Source of the DNA: Octopus bimaculoides
Taxonomy: Eukaryota
Direction: 5' to 3'
Assembly (NCBI RefSeq): GCF_001194135.2
Contig: NC_068983.1
Span: 33,104,299 to 33,168,298 of the forward strand
DNA: 64,000 bases
In this document: in pieces, positions 52,151 to 64,000 of the stretch
How the letters are laid out: every line of letters starts with the position of its first letter
Numbering within the stretch: the stretch's first letter is position 1
Made by a program: the position numbers and the translations under genes
The notes under the pieces: model-generated
What the model saw: the letters and a program-made list of their open reading frames with translations, nothing else
What the model was told of the DNA's origin: nothing
The model's database searches: none

Positions 52151-53317
52151 CTTGGACTCCTTTGAAGTCATGATGTAAAATATAAGGCTGAAAGTTTCCT
52201 AATCATTGAATATCAATGAGAAAATATAAAGTAGTACAAGTGTGTTGCGGATATTGGTTAATGTTACAGTGTATTACCATGAAACCATGCTAAACCTAAT
52301 AATTTGGCATGAAAACTATCCAAAGGTAAACATACAGACTTTTGGCTACTGTCCAGTTGATCAGACTGTCTTTCCTTCATGGTAAGGAGGATTTTAAAGA
52401 ATTCTTGGTTCTACAGATTAGCTCCTTTTTTCATTCAGTGTAGGTGTCAAGGGATTACTTTTCTACTCTCAGGAAGCAAAGACAATTTTAATAAATCAAA
52501 AATTTAACTTGTATGTTATTTTATATAGCCTTATTCATCCACATATATATATATATATATATATATCTGTGCAGGTCACATGTAAAAACACCATCTGAGC
52601 GTGGCCATTGCCAGTACCACCTGACTCGCCCTTGCGCCGGTGGTACATAGAATTACCCACTACACTCTCAGAGTGGTTGGTGTTAGGAAGGGCATCCAGC
52701 TGTAGTAACTCTGCCAGATCAGATTGGAACCTGGTGCAGCCATCTGGCTCACCAGTCCCCAGTCAAACCGACAAACCCATGCCAGCATGGAAAGCAGATG
52801 TTAAATAATGATGATAATGATGATGATGATATTATATATATATATATATATATATNNNNNNNNNNNNNNNNNNNNNNNNNNNNNNNNNNNNNNNNNNNNN
52901 NNNNNNNNNNNNNNNNNNNNNNNNNNNNNNNNNNNNNNNNNNNNNNNNNNNNNNNNNNNNNNNNNNNNNNNNNNNNNNNNNNNNNNNNNNNNNNNNNNNN
53001 NNNNNNNNNNNNNNNNNNNNNNNNNNNNNNNNNNNNNNNNNNNNNNNNNNNNNNNNNNNNNNNNNNNNNNNNNNNNNNNNNNNNNNNNNNNNNNNNNNNN
53101 NNNNNNNNNNNNNNNNNNNNNNNNNNNNNNNNNNNNNNNNNNNNNNNNNNNNNNNNNNNNNNNNNNNNNNNNNNNNNNNNNNNNNNNNNNNNNNNNNNNN
53201 NNNNNNNNNNNNNNNNNNNNNNNNNNNNNNNNNNNNNNNNNNNNNNNNNNNNNNNNNNNNNNNNNNNNNNNNNNNNNNNNNNNNNNNNNNNNNNNNNNNN
53301 NNNNNNNNNNNNNNNNN

Positions 53318-53349
<32 letters not shown>

Positions 53350-53829
53350 ATATATATATAATGTATATATATATGATATATATAAATGTACCTGTCTCAT
53401 CATCATTTAACAGCCATTTTTCCACACTGTCATGGGTTGATGGTTTGACAGAAAATGATGACCTACAAGATTGCACTGAGCTCCAGTGTCTGCTTTGGAT
53501 GTCCTTTGTAATACCACCCACTTCACATAGTGTACTCTGTATACAAATAAACTTCCCACTCACGCACACAAAGGAGGAGTTAGTCAACAACTATTAGTGG
53601 TGTCCTTACTAATTCAGGTTTGATTTCCTATTTGGTACACTGACCTGTCTCTATAGTATTGGTGTATTTTTTCTGCACCACTCCTTGTAATGTAAAGTAC
53701 AAACACCATATATTGTCCATAAGGAACAAAGTTGGGCTCCTGTGTCTGTGAGAATCAAATCTAAATTATATAGCATTGGCTCTCCATCAGTGTCTGATAG
53801 AAAGACAGAAAGAAGCAGAGAAATATTGC

Positions 53830-54190
53830 CTAAGTTTTCTTCTAACAGCAGCTATGCATAAAAAAAAGCAATGAAAGATAGGAAAAATTAAAAACTGGTT
53901 GTAATAAAATGGCTTAACAATTTTAGCTCTGCATGGGACAAGGTGTCGAACTGTCTGGAAATCTGCTGGAAGAACAAGGAATTAGAACTAAATAATGGTG
54001 AGATTATAGGGAAGGTTAGTTTTATGAGTTCAGACAGAAACACAGCTTAAAGTATTATGCAGTGTGTTGTGGAAAGCATACAGCTGACAAGGATGCAAGT
54101 GCTATATTTCTTAAGCAGTTTGCGAAATTAGTTCCTGATTGAAAATTAACTCCTGAGCAGGTTTACAAGGTTGCAAGAAATATCCTGACA
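53830..54190 (+). mobile_element. pogo/Tigger (Jerky-like) fragment
   Basis: TADKDASAIFLKQFAKLV..LTPEQVY resembles SAD..AA..F..EF..L...LTPEQIYNADET. Confidence 0.6.
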
Positions 54191-54689
54191 ACTAAGAATC
54201 TCCGCTGTTACTACTGTTGCTATCATTGTGGTCATTGTCATTGTTGTCATCATTATTATTTAAAGTCCATGCTTGAATGGGTTAGACAGAATTTGTTGAG
54301 GCAGATTTTCTACAGCTGGAAGCCATTCCTGTCATCAACTCTCACCTGTTTCCAAGTAAGGTAATATTTCCCTATGACTGGACATGTTTCCACAAAAGAT
54401 TGCAAAAAAAAAGGACACCACTTGCATGACCGTGACACTTGGCAACAACTATCAAGTGATGTCAAGGCAAGAAGACCAACACACACACACACACACACAA
54501 ATGTGAATGATTATTGTGTGTGTATGTGTGTTTGAATGATTATTAGTTGCGGTGTAGGTAGACCAGAGTAGTAGTTGTGTAGGAAGAGGAACAAAGGAGG
54601 AGAGTATGAGCTTGAAGGGTGTGATTTAATAGTTATGTTGTATTTTATGATTCATCATTACTTTCTTTCAGCACATCACTTTCTATCAA

Positions 54690-55700
54690 AACATATTCCA
54701 TCATATTTTATAGTCTGTTTCTGCTGTTGTACTAGAAGCTCAATTTCATGTTTATACCATTTGGCTGGTTTAGAGGCAAAAAGACTCCCTGCACTTGTTT
54801 TCCACCTCATCCACATTACTGAACTTCTGTTCATGCAGGATATAGTCCATGGCTTGGAAAAGGTGGATATCTGATAGTTCAAGATCTATACAGTAGGTAG
54901 GGTGAAGCAGCACCTCCAACCCCTCAAGGCCCTCAAGGTTGTGTTTGGTCATGTTGGTAGTGTGTGCCAGGGCATTGTTATGCTGTAGGAGTGCATGTCT
55001 TCGATTGAGATTGACCACTGTTGGGTAGCAGGCTTTCAAAACATCATATACTCACTGCAGTTGTTGAGCATTAAAGTTAGTGTTCATAGTATGACCATCT
55101 AGTACAACTTCAAAGTGCAGTATGCTCTCAATCTTCCACCAAACACATGATCTGCTGTTCAAATCATGCTTGTATGATGACAGGTTTTGAAGCCTGACCA
55201 GAACAAAGTCACTGATTTCTCTTATTAGTATTACAAAAATATATTCATTTTTCATCCCAGTTACAATTAAACATCAAAACATCAAAAATGGATGTCTTGA
55301 GAATTTGCCAGCAGTTGTTTGCACATTGCATATCACTGAGCTTGGTCATTGGTTAATTCATGAGGAACTTCTCAACAGCATCTCTTTACAAGGTTGAGGT
55401 TATGGAGGTGTTGGTTGATGGTTCCTTGTGGAGAACCAAGTTCTGCCAACAATGTCTGAGTGCTTCTGCTAGGCTGTTGTTCTACCACTTCATACAAGAC
55501 CTCATCTCACACAATAGAAGGGCTCCCAGACTTTGGTTTGTTTTAGAAGCTGGTGTCACCTTCCTTTAAACATCTGAACCAGTTCTGTGCCACATGTTAG
55601 TTGGCAGTTCCTGGGTGTTCCACAACATAAATTTCTTTTGCCACTTCTTTCCACAGGTATCATAAAATAGCTGACATTGCAATGTTTTCACTACTCGTTA
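54690..55700 (-). mobile_element. Highly decayed mariner
   Basis: ALLQHNNALAH and HPTYCIDLELSDIHLF (YSPDLAPSDYHLF-like). Confidence 0.8.
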
Positions 55701-56270
55701 TGAAAGCTGTAAAATAAAGAATAAACAATTCAATAATGTTTGGATGAGTGTATCAAATTAATGATATAACATGGAGATACAAGTTGCCAAAATTCATTAA
55801 TGAAAATCTTAAAAAACTTTTGACTCAACATGGTACATACACACACACGCATGCGCAGGTGCACACACACACACCTTCATGCATAGAAATACACATATGC
55901 ATGCACACCCACTGTCCCACGTATCAGTTAGAGGTTGATTGTTTGTCTCAATGGCAAGAGACAGAATTGTCTTGCCAGAATCCATATGACTATGTTAGTG
56001 AAAAGGAGAAAAATATCTTAATGAAATTATTTCATCAAATTTTCTTTCTTTTAATTACACTTTTAAACATATTTAATATTTAATGTTTTTATACTTTTTA
56101 ATACTGGTATAGTTAGGATGGCTTTTATTACAAAGTTGCTTAACATAACACCTGAGATATATATATAGTTAATATGCTTGGAACATAACTGAACATTGTT
56201 AATCCTTAAGACATAGTAAGCAGGGTCACTGTCATCTGGTTGTGATTCCCAGGCAAATCAATTTTAATTC

Positions 56271-56309
<39 letters not shown>

Positions 56310-56327
<18 letters not shown>

Positions 56328-57151
56328 TTTTATTATTACTCATACGGGCTAACAAAGAGTGGGACATACACAACATTGGGGATATAGAACAATTAAAAAA
56401 ATAAAATGTATGATACAATGGAAGAACAAAGATGAATACTGGAAGTGATGTTACCTGCCCCATCAAGCCACATCACTTACTTGCCCTTGTTCCCTGTACT
56501 CCATAATATCTATACCATATTTTCCCATGAGTTCCTCACTGGTTATCTCACTCGGTAACTTGTCTGGATTACAGTTCACCCTCCATACCTCATATCCCTC
56601 TTCATATTTTTTAATTTCATTCCAATGATTTTCCCTTATCAACCCACTTGTAAATCTATCGCCGTCCTCGTCTTGTGCGTTCACAAGGACTATATCCCCC
56701 CATCCTGTTCTTATGTTTTGAAGTTCTTCTGCCTCCAGAAAAACTGTACATGCATAGCAATCAGTAGGAGGGGATGTTTCTAACTCTTTGTATGTATCGT
56801 TATTTCTTTTTTGTTTTCGTGTTGGAGGGGAATGGGTAGGTTTAGTGTCTGCAGGGGAAGGGTTTGGCCGAGGAGGGTGTGGATGGGCCTTGGGTGGGTT
56901 GGGTTGCATGTGAGAGGCCTACCTTCTTTCTCTTTCTTTTCTTCCTATTTCCTGCTCATTTCCCATTCTTGTTCTTTTGTTTCTTCCGCCTCTACCGGTC
57001 CTCTCTCCTCATTTACAGGTTCCTCTTGTGGTATTTCCTGGGGTAACCACTCCACTGCTTCTTTGGTCGATGGAGGGCAGTTCACTCTTATGTGGCCCTT
57101 CAGGTGACACTTAAAACAGTGGGGAATTCTGCCCTCCACCCTTACATTCAT
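56310..57151 (-). mobile_element. 5'-truncated ORF1-only retroposon related to 40361-42010
   Basis: VRVEGRIPHCFKCHLKGHIRVNCP, frameshift into ORF 56463-56909, short 3' UTR ending tagcccgtatgagtaataataaa plus a (CT)n tail. Confidence 0.7.
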
Positions 57152-57365
57152 TATGTTGATTAATTAATAAATTAATTTATATCTATTAGATCTCTCTGTT
57201 TTCTAACTCGATAAAAATGTTTGATATCTTACGATATTCTATATAATATATTCATTTAAGAATTATCTCGTCAATATTTGAGATATTAAACCAGTGTATC
57301 TTGGATGAATATCCCTATAAGAGGTTTAAATATCCTCATTGTGATTATATATATACATACATTGG

Positions 57366-57411
<46 letters not shown>

Positions 57412-60394
57412 NNNNNNNNNNNNNNNNNNNNNNNNNNNNNNNNNNNNNNNNNNNNNNNNNNNNNNNNNNNNNNNNNNNNNNNNNNNNNNNNNNNNNNNNN
57501 NNNNNNNNNNNNNNNNNNNNNNNNNNNNNNNNNNNNNNNNATATATATAATGTATGTATGTATATAAATATATATATAGGTATGTATGTATATATATATA
57601 TATGAATTAATATATGTCTATTGTCTATATATATATATACACACACACACACACATATATGTCTATGTAACCAATACTCTCATAAAGGTATGTTTCTTAC
57701 CATCTAATCTCTATAAATTTCTCCCTAGATATGAATTCAAATTTATGTTCATTGTTAAGAGATGCACATTAACACAGCAACATTTCTCCAGACATTTCTA
57801 CCTAAGTAGTTACTGAAAATTTATATTTATTGGGTTACATCATATACTCTTCCAGAAATCTGCATCTTATTATGTAGTCATAATATACATTTATTGTGTA
57901 GTATATCTTAATCCCTACAGTTCTGTACCTTGTTAAGGATTCAACATTTGTATTTATTATGAATAGAAAGCATTGGGGAGAGTACTGGTGCCACATAAAA
58001 AACACTGGAACTGATGCCATGTAAAAAGCACTGGTGTTAGTGCTATTTAAAAAAAAAAAAAAACATCCAGCACACTCTGCAGAGTGGTTGGCATTAAGAA
58101 GGGCATCCAACTGTAGAAACCAATCTAAAAAAGACTATAGAACTTGGTGTGGCCCTAGGTTGTGCCAGTTCCTGTCAAGCCATCCAGACCATCCCATCAT
58201 GGAAAACAAACATTAAGTGTTGATTATGATGATGATGTGTGGTATATTCTTTATACTTGCTATTAATTTGTACATTTTTGTTGGCAGTGGTGTGGGTGTC
58301 ATTTCATGCCTGTTTTATCACACTGGATGGGTTGTTGCGCATTCTCTTCTTTCTACTAGGTTGGAGTCTTTGGCGCATCATCAAAATGTATCTTGTCTTT
58401 CCTATAGGTATTTCCGTGGTCATTGCTTCAATGAATTTCCAACTAATGCCTTGTTTTTCTCTGGTCTATGATATTCAGTCCATTAGGCTTTCTAGCAATC
58501 AACATCCTTTGGACTTATAGGCCCCTTCTTTTCCTTCTTTGTAGTTCATTATGTTACAATAGCCTCAAGTATTGTTTGGGACAAAATTGTATGAAAAAAT
58601 ATTGTTTTTCTTAAATTTCATGTCTTGGGGCTTTCAAATATCTGTATATATTTTCACGTAGCTTTTACTTTAAATAAAACTGCCAACTTTTAGGAAAAGT
58701 GCTAACCCACTTTTATCTTTGAATATATACAACACAAATTCAGATACAAAATACATATATTTCACATGACATTATACTTTCATTGATCAATAGTGTTGTT
58801 GTTACAGTGAATCCGCCTTTAGTCAAGCAAATTGACCCCAGGACTTATTCTTTGTAAGCCTAGTACTTTTTCTATCGGACTCTTTTGCTGAACCCCTAAG
58901 TGATGGGGACGTAAACTCACTAGCATTGGTTGTCAAGTGATGTTGGTGGGGACTAACACAGACACACAAACATATATATACATATACATATATATGACAG
59001 GCTTCTTTCAGTTTCCGTCTACCATATCCACTGACAAGGCGTTGGTTGGCCCGAGGCTAAGGTAGAAGACACTTGCCCAAGGTGCCACGCAGTGGGACTG
59101 AACCTGGAACCATGTGGTTGGTAAGCAAGCTACTTACTACACAGCCACTCTTGCCCCTTGTTGAAAGTATGCTGTCAGTAACACTAACATTTGTAGTTGA
59201 GACCTAGCACATCTCTGATCAAGCAAATCTATAATATTAACTATCCAAGTTATAACTATCATGTTTATTCAGATATCTAGGATGACCTATATTATCCAAT
59301 TAATCCTTTTCGTTTCCTAGGCCACAGCACTATGATAGCTATTTCTAGGAGGTCAATTTATTATGTAAAGACTTGAATCTGTTGTTGATTTGGTGGCAGT
59401 AGTGTTAGAGTTAATGATATTAGTAGTGGTAGTGGTTGAGCTATCAGTGCCAATAATGATGGTAGTGGTGATGTCAGTGATAATAGTGGTGGTGGTAGTT
59501 TACTAATCTGCCATGATGAAGCAGATCTACAATCAAAAGCAATCCAGCTGTGACCATCTTGTCTTTATGAGATATTTGATACTAAGTTTGCTCATGTAAC
59601 TTTTTCTTAAGATAGTGCAGGGTATGATGTAAGAGAGTCTTGACAACTATTTCTCACAGGTTCTGAAACGATCATATAGAAATGTAGTGGTAACAGTTCT
59701 GCTGTTGCTACAGTTGCTGTTGTTATCACTGTCAGCGTCATTGTCATCATTTTAATGTTCACTTTCCCATGGTTGCAAGGATTAGATGAAGTTTATTGAG
59801 GAAGATTTTCTATGATTGGGTACCCTTCCTGTCTTCAACCCTTGCATGTTTCTATACAAGGTAATATTTCCCCATGGCCAGACATGTTTTTGCAGAATAT
59901 ACTTTTCTACTCTAGGCACAAGGCCTGAAAGTTTTGGAGAGGGGGGGGGGCAGTCAATTACATCGACCTTAGTATGCAACTGATACTTAATTTATTGACA
60001 CTGAAAGAACAAAAGGCGGAATTTGAACTCAGAGCTTAAAGACAGATGAGATACCACTAAGCATTTCGCCTGGCGTGCTGACGTTTCTGCCAGCTCGCTC
60101 CATTGTTTTTGCAACTATCATGCAATGTCAAGACAAGAAGATACAAACATTCATATACACATGTAAAGACATACACACATATACATACATATATATATAT
60201 ACATATATATACATACATATGTAGGGTCGGGTGTGGGTTCGGCTGAGGGTGGAGTAGAGGTGGGGTATGTGGGTAGGAAGAGGGTAGGGGTAGGTATGGA
60301 TACAAGCTAGAGAGGTCAGCCAAACCCTCTGTTGGTGTGTGTGTGTGTGTGCACATATAAAAAAAAAAAAAATTTTTTTATATGTGCACACACA

Positions 60395-60442
<48 letters not shown>

Positions 60443-63400
60443 ACACTTACACATATATATGATGTATGTGTATGGCTGTGTGTCATTGTGTGTGTGGAAG
60501 GGGCACACAAGTGAAATACAGGGTAGTAAAAATAATACTCAAATACTAAAAGTAGAACCAAGTAGTTGTATTGGATTTGAAAGAATTTTTCCTGTTACTC
60601 TTAAGTTTTACACAGTCAGTTCTTTGAAAAACTCAGGATAATGGTTTGTGAAGTTTATCAGTGGGATGGTGAACATTCAGTGCTGAAAAGAACAATCAAA
60701 CAGTGTTTCAACTCTGTGTGAGTATATGTGTGTATGTGTGTGCATGTACAGGGGAAGTATGTGAATGTTTGTATGTGTGAATCAGCGTTCTTTCAGTAAC
60801 AAATGATGATCGATGTCACATCTCAAAAGACAACCACTAGATAACATTGACAAGTGTATTAATTTGATTTACCATCCATATTCTATCCCGTATTTAGTTA
60901 CGGCCAGCTTTATGTGGCCTTAAGTCGTACAAGAAGGAAGGAAAACTTAAAAAATTCTTTTGAAAGAAACAAGCAATCAAGAGATGTTAGTTGCGGAGAG
61001 ATTTTCAACAAAAAATTTGGTAATGAAAGAATTAGTCTAAAAACTTGGTTTTGTACCTTATTTATATACAAAATACCACAATTAGCTGTCATTTTTTACT
61101 GCACGGTGCCAGCTAGTATATATATATCTTTTGGCCTAATGACCATCCTGAGATACATCAAACTAGGTCAACACACAAGTTGACGTAAAAAAATCTTACA
61201 AACCAAATACAAAAATGAAATACACTGAAGCAATCTCCTGTTGTATTTCCTCAAGCTTCTACTTGGTTGACAAATCAGCATTTCAATGTTAATGACATGT
61301 TTTTACAATAATAACTTGATGTATGATGATGTGCTTGCAACAGATTATATAGTTGATTGTTTATGCACTCCCCATTACTTCCTTTACATGTCTAATACCA
61401 CTTTTATTAACTTTCAAGAAATGTATTCTGAACTGGATTATAGGATGATGTAATTGAGTATTGCCTTATATTTATTTATTTATTTATTTATTTATTTTTT
61501 TACTTGAATAGCAGGCACGGCTGTATGGTTCGGAAGCTTGTTTCTCAACCACATGGTTTCAGGTTCAATCACACTCCATGGCACCTTGGGCAAGTGCCTT
61601 GGGTCAACCGATGCCTTTTAATTGAATTTGCTTGGCAGTAGCTCCTGTCATGTGTATGTGTGAAAGTGTTTGTGTCTCCTTTAATAAATAGGAGGGAAGA
61701 TATTACCTCACTTAGAAATAGATGGGGGTTGGCATCAGGAAGGGCATCCAGCAGTAAAAAACCTGTCACTCAAATATTCAAAGGAGAAAGTCTTTGTGAC
61801 TCTCTTCAGATCCACCATCATTGGTGGAAGGAAGTGGGGGAAGTTATCTTCAGATTGAAGACCTAAACCAAAAGCTTGGAACAGAACGGACTCCAGTAAA
61901 AGCATTGCAATGTAACAGTATTTGTTTCTGCTAAGGCAGTGAGCCGACAAATATCTTAGCATACCAGGCGAAATGCTTAGCAGTATTTTGCCTGTCTTTA
62001 CATTCTGTGTTCATATTCCACCGAGGTTGACTTTGCCTTTCATCCTTTCGAGGTTGATAAATTAAGTACCAGTTGCATACTGGGGTCGATCTAATTGATT
62101 CGCCCCCTCCCAAAAAATTTTGAGCCTTGTGCCTAGAGTAGAAAAGAATATTTGTTTCTGCTACTCCACAGCTCTTACCATACATGTCAACTAAGCAATG
62201 TTTCTGTTGCCTTACTATATAGTTGTCAGCTGTATAGCATCTTTTAACTCTTCATTGAACTGAACCATCAGAAGACAATTTGTATTTTAGTAATGGATGC
62301 TATAAACTCTAGCAACACAGCAAAGAACACTTTTTCACAATAAGTCATTTAAAAAAAGACAGCATGAATGTTTTTGCTCTTTTGATTAATCCTAAAGCCA
62401 ACAGAAAGCTGAACTGGACCTACTATCTAATTGGCACGATTTTCTTATTAATCACAGATGGACTGATAGATTAAAGACTTGAATGAACACACTAATCTGA
62501 TGGGATTTGAAACCCTAATGCAGGAAGAAAAAACTAAATAATTTCTTTGTACTCTTCTGCCATCACACACAATTCAACAGAATCTGTAAAAATATTTTAG
62601 GTTTGTGCATTAAAACATGTTACAACTGACAACAGTGGCATTTATGTGTGTGTGTGTGTGTGTTTTCATACATACACAGAGACATATATGTATATGTGTA
62701 AGTGTGTGCATGCGTGTGTGTGTGTATGTATGTTTTCATACATACACACACACATATGATATATATATATATATATAGGTGTATGTGTGTGTAGGTTTGT
62801 GTGTGTGTGTGTATGCATTTATCAGAAAGAAGGAAAAGATAATTATCTCTCAATTGGTGTAAACAACAGTTTCCATTTCAGGTTTGAAAAAGCTGAATAA
62901 TGTTATGCTTGTGCAGCGAACACTTTCATCCCATTGTCTCACTCTAAACCAATCTTTGTCACAACAACATCAGTAAATAAAAGAAGTAAGAAACATTGTT
63001 TTGTAAAAATTACACAGAAACTTTATAGGTAGTTGATAAAAAATAATTTCACAACTTTGTTTGCAGAGTTGAATTCTGTTTCAGTTAAATACATTTTGTT
63101 CTGGTATTAATGATGGTAGTTTTGCCCACTGTGACTTGAGGCGAATATTTCGTTGCAGTTGTTGTTCATGTCTGAAATAAGTAGACAGATAGAATATTTA
63201 ATAACAAGGCTACACAATTTCAAATTACACCATACAGCAAATGCATTAGCAGAAAATATGAAGTGGTCACACTTCTTCAAAAAGTTTGTGAGAATTGATC
63301 ATCAATGTTTGCACGAATGACCAAACTGACGTGTTCAATTACACCAGCAGCAAATATTTACTCAGTAGAAGTAGTTCTTATCACTATGTAAAAATTAACG

Positions 63401-63732
63401 GCTTTCCAAAGACTATTACCAGGGACATAAGTTTTAATAAAATGTTCTGTATGTGTGCAATTAATAAAGAGTTTGGAAAACACCAAAGACACAATATAAA
63501 TATTAAAAGGTAGAATTAACAAACATTAGAGATGCATGATAAGATAAAAGTGAAGATCTTGAAAGTATTGTCCACAATAGCTAGTATTATGTCAAAGATA
63601 AGGACTGTTTAACCAGGTCAAGTTATAGCAAAGCATTTCAATGCTTTTTAATTTGAAATTGCTCTCCATGTTCATGTTGGAATCAAAGTTGTTCTAAACA
63701 CAACTGAGTAAATGTAAGAGTCTTTATATGTG

Positions 63733-64000
63733 TACTAGCAGTATAACCCGACCTTGTCCGGGTGTGACTTATTATGTCATCTACGATAAGTCTTGCTAGC
63801 TGAAAATCAACTAAAAAAGAAAGCCTTACAACGAAAAAACCCTTATGATGTAAATATGTTCATAATTCAAAAGACGATGAAATTAATAGGGAAAGTCTGA
63901 AGGCTGTTTAGCGTAAAATTATTAAGCATACGTAAATTTCATCCGTGCAATTGGCTATAGAAATGCTTGTGCAAAACAACTTTTTGCGCTGCCCTGATTA
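63733..64000. mobile_element. Probable terminus of a non-autonomous Helitron-like element
   Basis: tactagcagtataacccgaccttgtccgggt: CTAG plus a short GC hairpin (acccg..cgggt). Confidence 0.4.

Overview
AT-rich, repeat-dense animal genomic DNA with several assembly gaps. The SINE families and RTE-LINE tails look like those of an octopus or other coleoid cephalopod; this is an inference from repeat style. One spliced protein-coding gene can be rebuilt by hand on the minus strand (5 exons, CDS 27126->5550, 140 aa): a signal-peptide, Cys-rich, single-pass membrane protein with a PPxY tail, of the WBP1/VOPP1 family. Most of the rest is mobile DNA: RTE 3' ends, at least four tRNA-derived SINE families, three mariners, two pogo/Tigger relics, a Helitron RepHel pseudogene, several MITEs and two ORF1-only (half-L1-like) retroposons. 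The most unusual structure is at 45.5-50.2 kb. There a ~1.04 kb solo LTR (TSD TACT) is split near its 3' end by an oppositely oriented tandem array of a miniature non-coding LTR element (TSD AAGT). That element has a long tRNA-Trp-derived and duplicated primer-binding site, a structurally conserved terminal hairpin, and an internal region built from pieces homologous to the LTR it inserted into. A related solo LTR sits in sense orientation in intron 3 of the gene. Repeat boundaries are approximate unless a TSD is quoted, and all family assignments are by eye, without database searches.
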